Sequence record: DRR723986_6692
Reading direction: 5' to 3' (one strand)
DNA: 63,194 nt
Under the pieces are notes generated by a model. It did not search any database and was not told where the DNA came from. It saw only the letters and a program-made list of their open reading frames with translations. The position numbers and the translations under genes are program-made. This document shows positions 1-11,500 of this stretch, piece by piece (within the stretch, counting starts at the first letter, position 1; every line of letters starts with the position of its first letter).

Positions 1-1
1 C

Positions 2-1258
2 CTCGCCGACTGGGGCCGCAAGGAAATCAACATCGCCGAAACTGAAATGCCAGGCCTGATGGCCCTGCGCGAGGAATTTGGCGCTAGCAAACCGCTTGCG
101 GGTGCGCGCATTGCCGGGTGTTTGCATATGACCATTCAAACCGCTGTTTTGATTGAAACACTTACAGCACTGGGCGCTGAGGTGCGGTGGTCCAGTTGCA
201 ATATCTTCTCAACACAGGATCAGGCCGCCGCAGCAATGGCGGCAAGCGGCATACCTGTTTTTGCCTGGAAGGGTGAAACGGAAGAAGAAGCAGAATGGTG
301 CATTCATCAGACAATCAAAGGCCCTAATGGTTGGGTGCCTAATATGATTCTTGATGACGGCGGTGACCTGACCGTGATGATGCATAATGATTATCCAGAA
401 CTGATGAAAGATGTGCGCGGCATTTCAGAAGAAACCACGACCGGCGTTATGCGCTTGTATGAAATGGCGAAAGAAGACCGCCTGCTGGTGCCCGCCATTA
501 ACGTTAATGACAGTGTGACCAAATCAAAGTTTGATAATTTATATGGCTGCCGCGAATCACTGGTTGATGGCGTCAAGCGCGCCACCGATGTGATGATTGC
601 GGGTAAAGTTGCTGTTGTATGCGGTTACGGCGACGTGGGTAAAGGCAGTGCTGAATCACTCCGAAGCCAAGGCGCACGGGTTATGGTAACTGAAATTGAC
701 CCTATCTGTGCCCTCCAGGCTGCGATGGAAGGCTATGAAGTAGTAACCATGGATGATGCCGCTAAACTGGGCGACATCTTCGTAACAGCAACAGGCAACA
801 AAGACGTTATTACGGTTGATCATATGCGCGATATGAAAGATCGGGCCATCGTTTGTAATATCGGTCACTTTGACAGCGAAATTCAAATTGGTGCCTTGGA
901 AAATTATAAATGGGAAGAAGTGAAGCCGCAGGTTGACGAAGTTATCTTCCCTGATGGTAAGCGACTTATCGTTCTCGCTAAGGGCCGTTTGGTAAACCTG
1001 GGCTGTGCCACTGGCCACCCAAGTTTTGTAATGTCAGCCAGTTTCACCAATCAGGTTCTTGCGCAAATTGAGCTGTGGGAGAACCACAAGAATTACAACC
1101 GCGATGTTTATGTGCTTCCTAAGCATTTGGATGAAAAAGTGGCAACATTGCACCTAGGTAAATTGGGCGCAAAGCTAACCACTTTGACTGACGAGCAATC
1201 CGAGTATTTAGGCATTGAAACTCAAGGCCCGTTCAAGCCTGAACACTACCGTTATTAA
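2..1258 (+). CDS. ahcY: Adenosylhomocysteinase (5' end cut by window)
   Basis: Frame is open from nt 2 ([20 protein letters not shown]); motifs [53 protein letters not shown]. Confidence 0.98.
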   Translation, partial: LADWGRKEINIAETEMPGLMALREEFGASKPLAGARIAGCLHMTIQTAVLIETLTALGAEVRWSSCNIFSTQDQAAAAMAASGIPVFAWKGETEEEAEWCIHQTIKGPNGWVPNMILDDGGDLTVMMHNDYPELMKDVRGISEETTTGVMRLYEMAKEDRLLVPAINVNDSVTKSKFDNLYGCRESLVDGVKRATDVMIAGKVAVVCGYGDVGKGSAESLRSQGARVMVTEIDPICALQAAMEGYEVVTMDDAAKLGDIFVTATGNKDVITVDHMRDMKDRAIVCNIGHFDSEIQIGALENYKWEEVKPQVDEVIFPDGKRLIVLAKGRLVNLGCATGHPSFVMSASFTNQVLAQIELWENHKNYNRDVYVLPKHLDEKVATLHLGKLGAKLTTLTDEQSEYLGIETQGPFKPEHYRY

Positions 1259-1298
1259 GAGCATATTGAACTAGGCGCACGGCCTTGAGGAGTTACGC

Positions 1299-2468
1299 AT
1301 GAAAGAATATTTATTTACCAGCGAGTCTGTTTCTGAAGGCCATCCTGATAAGGTTGCGGACCGAATTTCTGATGAAATTGTTGACCTTTATCTTGGTGCT
1401 CAACCCGATGCCCGGGTTGCCGCTGAAACCATGGTTACAACAAACCGTATCATTGTTGCTGGCGAGGTGCGCGGGCCTAATAGCATTACTAGTGATGATA
1501 TCGAACGTGTGGCCAGAAATGCGGTTAAAGATATTGGGTATGAACAGGACGGTTTTCACTGGGAAAACGCCTCGTTTGACAATTTTTTGCACGAACAATC
1601 CACGGACATAGCGGCAGGTGTAGATGCGGCTGGAAACAAAGATGAAGGCGCAGGCGACCAAGGCATTATGTTCGGGTATGCTTGCGATGAAACCGAAAGC
1701 TTGATGCCTGCGCCGATCGATTTCTCGCACCGTATTTTAAAATCATTGGCGGATGCCCGCCACAATGATGCGAACTCGGCGCTTGAGCCAGACAGCAAAA
1801 GCCAGGTCACTCTGCGTTATTTGGATGGTCGTCCAGTCGGTGCGACCAGTGTAGTGGTTTCTACCCAGCATAAAGAAGATGTGACGCAAGAAGAACTGCG
1901 CGAGATTGTGCGCGGTCATGTTGAAAGTGTTTTGCCTGAAGGCTGGATGTGCCCGGAAGATGAATTTTATGTAAATCCAACGGGCAACTTTGTGATAGGT
2001 GGCCCTGACGGAGACGCCGGGCTCACAGGCCGAAAAATTATAGTTGATACCTACGGCGGCGCTGCACCACATGGGGGTGGGGCATTTTCAGGTAAAGACC
2101 CAACCAAAGTTGACCGATCAGCGGCTTATGCTTCGCGCTATTTGGCAAAAAATGTTGTTGCAGCAGGTTTGGCGGACAATTGCACAATTCAACTGGCATA
2201 TGCCATTGGCGTTTCCAAGCCATTGTCTGTTTACGTTGACTTGTGGGGTGACAAGCCAATTGTCGACCCAGCGCGCCTTTCATCTGTTTTGCAAGAATTG
2301 GTGGACCTTAGTCCGCGCGGTATTCGCGAGCATTTGGGCCTTAATAAAGCCATTTATGCGCGTACAGCAGCGTACGGCCATTTCGGGCGTAATGTAGACG
2401 CTGATGGTGGTTTTTCTTGGGAAAGAACAGACCTCGTTAATGCCCTCAAGTCTGAGTTCGGCGCATAA
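1299..2468 (+). CDS. metK: S-adenosylmethionine synthase
   Basis: [28 protein letters not shown] signatures; GAGGAG RBS. Confidence 0.98.
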   Translation: MKEYLFTSESVSEGHPDKVADRISDEIVDLYLGAQPDARVAAETMVTTNRIIVAGEVRGPNSITSDDIERVARNAVKDIGYEQDGFHWENASFDNFLHEQSTDIAAGVDAAGNKDEGAGDQGIMFGYACDETESLMPAPIDFSHRILKSLADARHNDANSALEPDSKSQVTLRYLDGRPVGATSVVVSTQHKEDVTQEELREIVRGHVESVLPEGWMCPEDEFYVNPTGNFVIGGPDGDAGLTGRKIIVDTYGGAAPHGGGAFSGKDPTKVDRSAAYASRYLAKNVVAAGLADNCTIQLAYAIGVSKPLSVYVDLWGDKPIVDPARLSSVLQELVDLSPRGIREHLGLNKAIYARTAAYGHFGRNVDADGGFSWERTDLVNALKSEFGA

Positions 2469-2497
2469 GATACGCTTAAATATTATAGCAAACTTTG

Positions 2498-2532
2498 AAA
2501 CAGGCATTGGTGTTTACCGGTGTCTGTTTTTT
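2498..2532 (+). terminator. Rho-independent terminator after metK
   Basis: AAACAGGCATTGGT-gttt-ACCGGTGTCTGTTT stem (with G-U pairs) running into a T tract. Confidence 0.7.
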
Positions 2533-2614
2533 AATATACAGCGCATCTGTTGCTTGTACTGACAACTATTCAGGCGCTAGTCTACGGCTATGAAAAATAT
2601 CCGAGATAAATTTT

Positions 2615-4975
2615 GTGAATGATACCAGTGAGCCTTTTTCGCCGATGTGGCTAATAATAGCCGCGACGGTTTTGGTATGGATAGGCGCCAGTCTATATGC
2701 TTTTTGGCGCGCAGGCCGGATGTCAGATCGTGCACGCTCTTTGCAAGACCTGGCTGATTTCTTGGATACAATGATCAAAACAGATCACCGCATTCCCATA
2801 TGGTTGTGGCCCGATGGTCGGCTGCAAGCAGACCCGGCAGCTCTTTCTATTGTTGGGTTCCCGGATAGTGTTTCGCGTTTGGATGATTTGGTCGGGGAAA
2901 TCGGTAAGGGCTTGCCTGAGGACACAGTGAAATTGATCCGCGGCGGCGTGGAACAAGGCCTTGATGTGCCATCACCGCTCGTGGTTGACAATGGCCCTGA
3001 CAAGGCGCGCATGATCATTGATTTACAGTGGCTGCCTGCGCGTGACGCGCGCTGGCCCAGCGGCGTTATGTGGCTTGAACAGTCAGTTGACCGCCCCGTT
3101 CGTACCAACCGCCTTGGTGTTCGGGCTTTGGAGCTGAGGTTAAAAGACCTAACGGGTGCCTTCAATAATTTACCCTTTCCTGTCTGGTTACGCAGCCCAG
3201 ATTTTAAACTGCTTGAGGTCAATGAAGCATACGTTAAGGCCATTGATGGCGGCTCCATTAAGAATGTTATTGAACGCGGTTTGGAGCTTTTTGGCAATGC
3301 GGGCCCTGCATCTGCCAGTAAAGCTTTCGCTGAGGGCGCGCCCCTCAAAGAGCGCCGCTTCGGCGTGACAGATGGTCAGCGCCGGGCTTTCAATGTGACG
3401 AATACGCCGTTAGATGCGGCGGGAAACAGCATGGGCATTGCGGTTGATATAACCGCAGAGGAAGAAGCGCTTTCTGAACTATCACGCGTTTTAGAATCGC
3501 AGTCAGAAACGCTTAACCGCCTGCGCAGCCCAGTAGCTATTTTTGGCCCCAGCCAAACCCTTCGGTTTTACAATAGTGCTTTTACGCGGCTTACCAACAT
3601 TGCTGAAGACCAGCTTGCGGCTGGCATCCGCCACAGTGAATTGCTTGATGCCATGCATGAGCGCCGAAAATTGCCAGAACAAGCAAATTTCCGAAAATGG
3701 AAAGAAGGTATATTAAAACAATATACCACTCTTCTGGAGCCATCAGAGGAAATGTGGCATTTGCCAGATGGAACGGCGCACCGGGTTGTAACACAGCCGC
3801 ATCCCTTGGGCGGGTTGCTGATATTGTTTGAGGATGTAACCGATAAACTAGCGTTGGAGCGATCTTATAACACGCTTATAGCGGTACAGCAGGAAACGCT
3901 TGATAACATGCGTGAAAGCGTCGCTGTGTTTGGCACCGATGGTAGGCTTCAACTGTCAAACCCGGCTTTTAGCCAGATATGGCAATTGTCAGAAGAGCGG
4001 GTTCAGGGCTCGCCGCATTTAACGGATCTGGTAGGCCGTGCAAATTTGCAGAACTCTGCCGGAAGAACGAATAGTTTTGCTGAAAATTTGGTTACCTGGA
4101 TTGCCGCGCGCAGCTACAAAACTGGCAAATGGTACCGTGGTGACGGCGCAGTTATAGACTATACAATTGTACCCTTGCCCGACGGCGGCGTTATGCTCAC
4201 GCAAACCGATGTAACCGACAGTCATAAAGTAGAGCAGGCGCTGCGAGAGCGGTCTCAAGCACTGGAGGCTGCGGATAAACTGAAAAGTGAATTTATCACG
4301 AATATGTCTTATGAACTGCGCACGCCGCTCAATACTATCATTGGGTTCAGCGAGCTTTTGCATCAAAATGTATTTGGCCCTCTGAACGAGCAGCAGGCAG
4401 GTTATGTGAAAAATATACTCACGGCTTCTGATGATTTGAAAAATTTGATTTCTGATGTCCTTGATTTAGCGGTGATTGAGTCTGGCGAATTGTCTCTGGA
4501 ATTCACAGCCACCCCCATAGCGGAAACACTTAAAGAAACGGCTGTTTTGGCACAGGAGCTAGCACATAAAGCCTCTACCCGGCTTGAGCTGAAAATTGAT
4601 GATCAAGTCGGTACAGTTATGGTTGATAGTTCCAGAATAAAGCAGGCATTTTACAATATGGTTTCTTCCATGCTTGGCTTTACGCGCCAAGGCGGGGAAC
4701 TTATTATCGAATTAGTTGATGTTGATAAGGAAATTCATGTTTGTATTACAAATGTGGAGTCTGGCCTTACGCCAACTGAGCGAACACGGTTATTAACCAC
4801 TGTTGCTATGGGGGTTTCGCCGGGTGCACGGCGTGCAACAGGATTGGACCTTGCCTTGGTTCGCAGTATCGTAAGGTTACATGGTGGCCGTGTCACACTT
4901 GATGCTGTTGGTGAGTCTGGCCTGAGTCTATCTTGCTATTTGCCGCGCGAGCGTCCAATCGTTGATGCACATTGA
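2615..4975 (+). CDS. divL: DivL-type PAS-domain pseudo-histidine kinase
   Basis: N-terminal TM helix, several PAS-like repeats; H-box reads NMSYELRTPLNTIIGFSELL (Tyr replaces His, as in DivL); degenerate N and G boxes; conserved position between ahcY and tsaE. Confidence 0.88.
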   Translation: MNDTSEPFSPMWLIIAATVLVWIGASLYAFWRAGRMSDRARSLQDLADFLDTMIKTDHRIPIWLWPDGRLQADPAALSIVGFPDSVSRLDDLVGEIGKGLPEDTVKLIRGGVEQGLDVPSPLVVDNGPDKARMIIDLQWLPARDARWPSGVMWLEQSVDRPVRTNRLGVRALELRLKDLTGAFNNLPFPVWLRSPDFKLLEVNEAYVKAIDGGSIKNVIERGLELFGNAGPASASKAFAEGAPLKERRFGVTDGQRRAFNVTNTPLDAAGNSMGIAVDITAEEEALSELSRVLESQSETLNRLRSPVAIFGPSQTLRFYNSAFTRLTNIAEDQLAAGIRHSELLDAMHERRKLPEQANFRKWKEGILKQYTTLLEPSEEMWHLPDGTAHRVVTQPHPLGGLLILFEDVTDKLALERSYNTLIAVQQETLDNMRESVAVFGTDGRLQLSNPAFSQIWQLSEERVQGSPHLTDLVGRANLQNSAGRTNSFAENLVTWIAARSYKTGKWYRGDGAVIDYTIVPLPDGGVMLTQTDVTDSHKVEQALRERSQALEAADKLKSEFITNMSYELRTPLNTIIGFSELLHQNVFGPLNEQQAGYVKNILTASDDLKNLISDVLDLAVIESGELSLEFTATPIAETLKETAVLAQELAHKASTRLELKIDDQVGTVMVDSSRIKQAFYNMVSSMLGFTRQGGELIIELVDVDKEIHVCITNVESGLTPTERTRLLTTVAMGVSPGARRATGLDLALVRSIVRLHGGRVTLDAVGESGLSLSCYLPRERPIVDAH

Positions 4976-4990
4976 TATGTTGATCTGTTC

Positions 4991-5479
4991 ATGATTGAAA
5001 TTTATAGCGCCATTTTATCCAATGAAGCAGAAACTTCACGGTTCGCTACAACACTTGCAAAGATAGTTCAGCCTGGCGATTTACTGGCGCTTGAAGGCGA
5101 TTTGGGTGTAGGAAAAACGACTTTTGCCCGCGCTTTCATTCGGGCTGCATGTGGTATGGCTGAAATTGAGGTGCCGAGCCCAACCTTTACCTTGGTGCAA
5201 ACATATGATGCGTCAGATGGTACAACCATTTTTCACAGTGACCTATACCGCCTGAGGGGACCTGAAGACATAGAAGACCTGGGCTTGGAAGAAGAGCGAG
5301 AGGCTTCAATTTTATTGATTGAATGGCCGGATAGAATGCCGCCCGATTGGTGGCATGATGCTCTTAAAATAGAGTTTTTGCATCGTACCGCGGAGGGGAA
5401 AGAAGGACGCACTGTAAAGATGCTGGCAGAAAACCCGGTATGGCAAAAGCGTTTAAAACCTCTCCTTGGGCCGCAATAG
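4991..5479 (+). CDS. tsaE: tRNA threonylcarbamoyladenosine biosynthesis ATPase
   Basis: GDLGVGKTTF P-loop, SPTFTLVQ, HSDLYRL, IEWPDR. Confidence 0.96.
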   Translation: MIEIYSAILSNEAETSRFATTLAKIVQPGDLLALEGDLGVGKTTFARAFIRAACGMAEIEVPSPTFTLVQTYDASDGTTIFHSDLYRLRGPEDIEDLGLEEEREASILLIEWPDRMPPDWWHDALKIEFLHRTAEGKEGRTVKMLAENPVWQKRLKPLLGPQ

Positions 5480-8400
5480 ATGATGCCTAGTGAGCCGACA
5501 GTATACTCGATTGAAGCCGGGCGGTCGTTTGTTGATGTCTTGGCAAAAGGCCTTGTTGAGAGGTACGGCCAAGACCCGCTATTTCTGTCATCTGTGACCA
5601 TATTGCTACCCAATCGCCGGGCAACGCGTTCATTGCGTGAAGCCTTTTTAAGAGTATATGGACATAAGCCAATATTGCTGCCAACCATGCGGGCTGTGGG
5701 CGATGTTGATGACGGGGAAATTGAGTTTTTGAGCGCAGGCCTAGGCCTTGACCTGTCTTCAATATTGCCACCGATATCGCCGCTGCGCAGACAAGTTTTA
5801 TTAACAACACTAGTTGAACGACGCCCTCAATCCAGCGCACCCGGTAGCGGTTTTTTGCCGACACTTGCTCCGTCTCAGGCATGGCGATTGGCCGGCGAAC
5901 TTGCCCGGCTTATTGACCAAGTAGAAACCGCTGGCCTATCGTTTGCCAAGTTGAAAGACCTAGCACCCGACTCCCTTGCGGCGCATTGGAATGAGACGCT
6001 TGAGTTTCTTCAAATTGTTACCCGGCATTGGCCCGAAATTCTAAAAGCCGAAGGCGCACAGGACCCGGCTGCATACCGCAACCAGACACTGGGAGAGCTG
6101 GCCAATATATTTGAAGCCACCAGCGCTGGTGGGCCGATTATCGCGGCAGGGTCGACAGGCTCTATTCCAGCTACAGCGCATTTGCTGCGTGTTATTGCTC
6201 GTTTGCCGCAAGGCTGCGTTATTCTGCCGGCGCTTGATATTGATATGGAAGATGAAAACTGGTCTCTCGTTGATGATACCCACCCGCAGAGTAATATGAA
6301 AAGGCTGTTAGAGGTCATTGGCATAAGCCGGTATCAGGTCAAAAGCTGGCACGAAGAAAGCCAAAATGGTGCGGGTGAAAACACCCCTGACACCAAAAGG
6401 GTTCAGCTATTAAATAGTGCGATGTTGCCTGCGTCGGCAACCGGTCTTTGGCAGGATATGGATTTGCGTAAAACTCAGGGGGCTTCTGTATTCTCTGGTT
6501 TGCGCGCTGTTGTTGCCCAGTCTCGCCGTGAGGAAGCGGGTGCCATTGCCGTTATTATGCGGGAAACCTTGGAAACCGAGGGAAAAACAGCCGCGCTAGT
6601 AACGCCAGATCGGCAGCTAGCGCTTTATGTGCGGGCGGCGCTTTTGGCCTGGGGCATCTCCATTGATGATTCTGGCGGTGATAAGGCAATCAATAGCTTG
6701 CCGGGCCGATTGTTAGGCTTGCTTGGGGCGGCTGTGAGCGATGCTTTTGGTCCGCTGTCTTTTCTTAGTTTAATGCAGCACCCGTTGGTGTCCGCAGGCC
6801 TGAAGCGGGAAGATTTTCTCTCGGTTATTCGCAGGCTAGACCAAGAGATATTGCGCGGTGTACGCCCCGCGGGTGGCCTTGCCGGGTTGCTGGCAAAAAC
6901 GCGTGATCATTTAAAAAGGCAAAATGAAAAGCACGCTAAGAAAGGCGTAAGTAAGAAAGCAGAAAACACACGCTTTTTACAGCAGGCTGAGAAGATAATT
7001 GGTTTATTAAAACCACTGGAAAAACTGTTAACCAAACCCGCCCGCGTTGACGAAGTTTTGCGGGCGCATATTGTTGTGGCTGAGAAGCTATGTACAAGCC
7101 ATGATGAGGCAGGGGCTGATAATCTTTGGCGCGGCGAATCTGGCGTTGCTCTATCAGACCATTTGACAGACCTGATAGACCAAGGCGGTGCCCTTATGGT
7201 TCCCAGCGCTGAAAGTTACAGCGCCTTTTTCTCCGAAATGATGGCCAGTGTGACAGTGCGGTCTAGCTGGAACCAACACCCTAGGCTCGCCATTTGGGGC
7301 CCGTTAGAGGCACGGTTGCAGCGCGCTGACCGGATGATTTTGGGCAGCTTGAATGAGGGGTCGTGGCCCGCAGAACCTGCAACCGACCCGTGGATGAGCC
7401 GAGATATGCGCAAGCAGTTTGGTCTGCCATCGCATGATCAACGCATCGGTCAGTCAGCCCATGATTTCATGTTGGGGGTTTCTGCACCTGAAGTGATCAT
7501 AACACGATCTGAAAAAACCGATGGTACACCAACTGTACCAAGCCGGTGGTGGTTTCGTATTGAGGCAGTGGCCGGTGAAAAAATTCCGAGAGTTGATCAT
7601 TATCTTCACTGGGCAGCACAGTTGCATGTGCCGCCGTCTGTGATGCCTGTTTCGCCGCCTGCACCAATGCCCCCCGTAGCTGCACGACCAACCCAACTGT
7701 CAGTTACACAGATTCAGGAATGGATGCGCGATCCCTATGCACTTTATGCCAAGAAAATTTTGTCGCTGTCTCGCCTGGACCCGATAGATGACACACCCAA
7801 TGCCGCCCAAAAAGGTACGCTTCTTCATGAAGCGCTTGAAGTGTTTATGAAAACAGATGGTCCAAAGTTTGGCCCTGAGGGCTTGAACCGTTTGATAGAT
7901 GTTGGCCGAGAAGTATTTGCACCTGTGATAAGCCAGCCTGCGGTATATGCATTTTGGTGGCCTCGGTTTGAGCGTATTGCCCAGTGGTTTGTCGATAATG
8001 AAGAAAAGCGCCAAGAGCAATTTGCTCCTGTGTTGATCGAAGATTGGGCGAAACGTGCGGTGCAGTTCGATCCATCAGTTGCTGAGTTTACGCTTATTGC
8101 CAAAGCGGATCGTATTGACCGCAACCACACGACCGGCGCGCTGGAAATCATTGATTACAAAACCGGTGATATTCCAAAACCAAAGCAAGTTGAAGCAGGC
8201 TATGCGCCGCAACTACCTCTGGAAGGGTGGTTAGCAAACTTGGGTGCATTCGAGGGGCTTGATGCTGCTGAGGTTGAAGATTTGGTTTTCTGGAAACTAT
8301 CGGGCGGTGAGCCAGTGCAGGAAGCGAAAAGCCCTATCAAAGATGTGCCTGCATCTATCAAGCAGGCGGCAGCAGGATTGCGGAAGCTTGTGGTGACTTT

Positions 8401-8554
8401 TGCAAACCCTGATACGGCCTATTTGTCTAATCCACGGCCTGAAATTGCGGGTTACGGTGACTATGATCATCTCGCGCGGGTGAAGGAGTGGCGAAATCTG
8501 GCGGACCCGTTAATTGATAGCGAACTTCTGGGCGACCCGGAGTCAGAGCCATGA
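5480..8554 (+). CDS. addB: Double-strand break repair protein AddB
   Basis: LLPNRRA, AAGSTGS, WGPLEARL, C-terminal PD-(D/E)XK nuclease (ADRID...IIDYKTG); overlaps addA. Confidence 0.95.
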   Translation: MMPSEPTVYSIEAGRSFVDVLAKGLVERYGQDPLFLSSVTILLPNRRATRSLREAFLRVYGHKPILLPTMRAVGDVDDGEIEFLSAGLGLDLSSILPPISPLRRQVLLTTLVERRPQSSAPGSGFLPTLAPSQAWRLAGELARLIDQVETAGLSFAKLKDLAPDSLAAHWNETLEFLQIVTRHWPEILKAEGAQDPAAYRNQTLGELANIFEATSAGGPIIAAGSTGSIPATAHLLRVIARLPQGCVILPALDIDMEDENWSLVDDTHPQSNMKRLLEVIGISRYQVKSWHEESQNGAGENTPDTKRVQLLNSAMLPASATGLWQDMDLRKTQGASVFSGLRAVVAQSRREEAGAIAVIMRETLETEGKTAALVTPDRQLALYVRAALLAWGISIDDSGGDKAINSLPGRLLGLLGAAVSDAFGPLSFLSLMQHPLVSAGLKREDFLSVIRRLDQEILRGVRPAGGLAGLLAKTRDHLKRQNEKHAKKGVSKKAENTRFLQQAEKIIGLLKPLEKLLTKPARVDEVLRAHIVVAEKLCTSHDEAGADNLWRGESGVALSDHLTDLIDQGGALMVPSAESYSAFFSEMMASVTVRSSWNQHPRLAIWGPLEARLQRADRMILGSLNEGSWPAEPATDPWMSRDMRKQFGLPSHDQRIGQSAHDFMLGVSAPEVIITRSEKTDGTPTVPSRWWFRIEAVAGEKIPRVDHYLHWAAQLHVPPSVMPVSPPAPMPPVAARPTQLSVTQIQEWMRDPYALYAKKILSLSRLDPIDDTPNAAQKGTLLHEALEVFMKTDGPKFGPEGLNRLIDVGREVFAPVISQPAVYAFWWPRFERIAQWFVDNEEKRQEQFAPVLIEDWAKRAVQFDPSVAEFTLIAKADRIDRNHTTGALEIIDYKTGDIPKPKQVEAGYAPQLPLEGWLANLGAFEGLDAAEVEDLVFWKLSGGEPVQEAKSPIKDVPASIKQAAAGLRKLVVTFANPDTAYLSNPRPEIAGYGDYDHLARVKEWRNLADPLIDSELLGDPESEP

Positions 8555-11500
8555 GTACAACTGCAGGCAAACCTTCATTGCAGCCTATGACCTATGATCA
8601 GGCGCGGGCGACGCATCCGAAAATATCTGCGTGGGTTGGTGCCTCGGCTGGTACGGGTAAAACTCATGTGCTGACGGCGCGCGTACTTAGACTAATGTTG
8701 ACCGGGACACGCCCGGAAAACATTGTGTGCCTTACCTTTACCAAAGCCGCTGCTGCAGAGATGAAAAACCGTATATTCGAAGAGCTTGGCCGCTGGACGA
8801 CATTGTCAGACGATGACTTATGCGCGGTTATTGCCGCTCGGGTAGACGAACATGCTGGCCCTGACATGCTTGCCACTGCGCGCAAGTTGTTTGCTCGTGT
8901 TCTGGATTTGCCCGGGGGCCTTCAAATCCAAACGTTTCACAGTTTTTGCCAAGCACTTCTGGGCCGCTTTCCGCTTGAGGCTGAAATGTCCCCCGGATTT
9001 GAAGGTATTGACGAATCTGATGCGCTGGAGTTGATGCGGTCTGCGAAAGACCAAATGTTAGCGGCCACTCGTGAGCCACTGGCGCAAAACCTTCAAGAGG
9101 CATTAAACTTAGTTGCGGGGCTGGTGACAGAGCGCACTTTTGATGAAGTGGTAGACCGATTGTCTTTCGAAGCACCGCTTTTAAAGCGGGCTGTGCGTGC
9201 CTATGGCGGTGTTGAGGGTTTGATGAGCGCAGTATACAAGCGCTTGGGGGCAAAACCCGGCATTGCTGCCAGCGATATAATATTAGATGCCTGCTCAGAA
9301 AATGAATTTGATACGAATCTATTAGACCAATTAGGTACAGCCATGCAGTTAGGGTCTGTGCGAGATCAGAAACGCGCAGGGGCAATTTTGGACTTCCTTA
9401 ATGCCGCAACAGTTGAACGGTATGCAAAATACAGTGACTATAAAAGCGCTTTTCTAACCGCAGGCGGCACTGCGATCAAAAATGTTGCGACGAAAAAAAT
9501 ACTGGAACAAAATGACAATCTGCTTGCCGTAATCGAAAGCGAGCAAAACAGGTTGTTAGCGGTTGAAGACCAACGCATTCGCCATCATGCTGCCGCTGCA
9601 ACTGTGGCACTTTTGACGCTGGGGCTAAAACAACTGGCGCTATATGACCATGTTAAAGGCGAGCGCGGCTTGGTTGACTTTGACGATATGATCGAGCGGT
9701 CCGTCAATTTGGTCACAACACCTACGGTTGCTCCGTGGATTTTGTATAAACTTGATAATCGTATCGATCATATTCTGGTTGACGAAGCGCAAGACACAAA
9801 CCGTGATCAGTGGCGGGTTGTAGAGACCTTGGCGGCTGAATTTTTTGCAGGTGACGGCGCGCGCGATGTTGAACGCACGGTGTTTGCTGTTGGTGATGCC
9901 AAGCAATCTATTTTCTCTTTTCAGCGCGCTGACCCCCGCGAATTTATTGGTGCACGCAACCGTATTTTTGAGCGAGCCGAACATGTTGGGCACCGAACCG
10001 AGGCTGTGCCTCTGTCGCTTTCTTTTCGCTCTGGCGAAGCGGTTTTATCGCTAGTAGATGCGGTGTTTTCCGAAGAAGGGCGGGCGCATGCGGGGTTGTC
10101 TGCCGACAATGAAACGGTTGTTCATCGATTTAATCGGCTTGGCCACGGGGGGCGTGTTGAGCTTTGGCCGCTGGAAGTTGTCGCTAAAACGTATGAAACC
10201 AATGAGCCTGATGAAGATGGCTGGCAAATGCCCGTCATACAAACCCCGGTGGATGACGCAGAGCAAAGGTGTGCTTGGCGAATTGCAACGCATATTCAAC
10301 TGTCCGTCGACACACGGGATATGCCTGCCAAAGGGCGCAAATTGCGCGCCGGTGACATTTTGGTGTTGGTACGTAGACGAACGGCGTTTGTTGACCACTT
10401 GGTAAAAGCTCTTAAAACGTTGGGTGTGCCTGTTGCGGGGCGCGATAGAATGGTGCTTTTGGAAGAACTTCCCGTGATGGACCTGCTTGCAATGGCCCAG
10501 TTCGCGGTTTTGCCAACTGATGACTTAACGTTGGCCACGGCTTTGAAAAGCCCTCTTGTGGGTTTGTCTGAAGAAGCGTTGTTTGATTTGGCTTACGGAC
10601 GGAAAGGTTCACTTTGGAACGCCCTTTATGCCATGCGGGAAGACGAGAGGTATAGGCATGCATATGAATTATTGGCAGGCGTGCTGAACCGGGCTGACAT
10701 TGGCGGCCCATTTGACTTTTTTAATCACATATTGATTGACCTAGAGGGCAGGAAAAAACTGGTTGGCAGGCTAGGCAGTGAAATTCATGACCCCATTGAC
10801 GAACTGCTTGAGGAAGCCTTGAAGTTTGAATTAACGCACCCGGCTTCGTTGCTGGCATTCATAGAGCGGGTTCGAAGTAATAATACACAAATTAAGCGTG
10901 ATATGGAACAAGCAGGCAACCGGGTTCGTATTATGACAACGCACAGCGCCAAAGGCTTGCAGGCGCCGGTTGTGTATCTTTCTGACCTTGTTGGTATGCC
11001 AGATCTTTCTCGTGATGGACGGTTGATGTCTTTACAGCCTGAAAAGCTTAACGAACCGGCAGTTTCAGTGTGGGCTAGTCAGGCGCGGGGCCTACCCGAA
11101 ATTGAAGCTGCGCGAGACGCATTAAAAGAACGACAGCTGTCGGAATATAGGCGGCTTTTGTATGTTGCGCTAACCCGTGCTGAAGACGAACTTTACGTAG
11201 CAGGCTGGCGCGGGGCAAATGAGCCGCCGGAAGACTGCTGGTACAACTTAATTTCTGATGGGTTTGAGCGACTTGAAGCTGATACCTATGAAGAAAGTGG
11301 CCGTCAAGTTCGGCGCGTTGATGTGCTGCATACCGCTGAAGTTGAGCATAAGAAAACAGATAAAGAGCCTGCCACTGGCAATGAAAAACTCCCTGAGTGG
11401 TTGTTTAAGGCCATGCCTCATGAACCAACACCTTCAAGGCCTTTGGCACCATCACGCCCGGATGAAGAGCCAGCAGTGACTGGCCCATTGGCCCGCTCAG

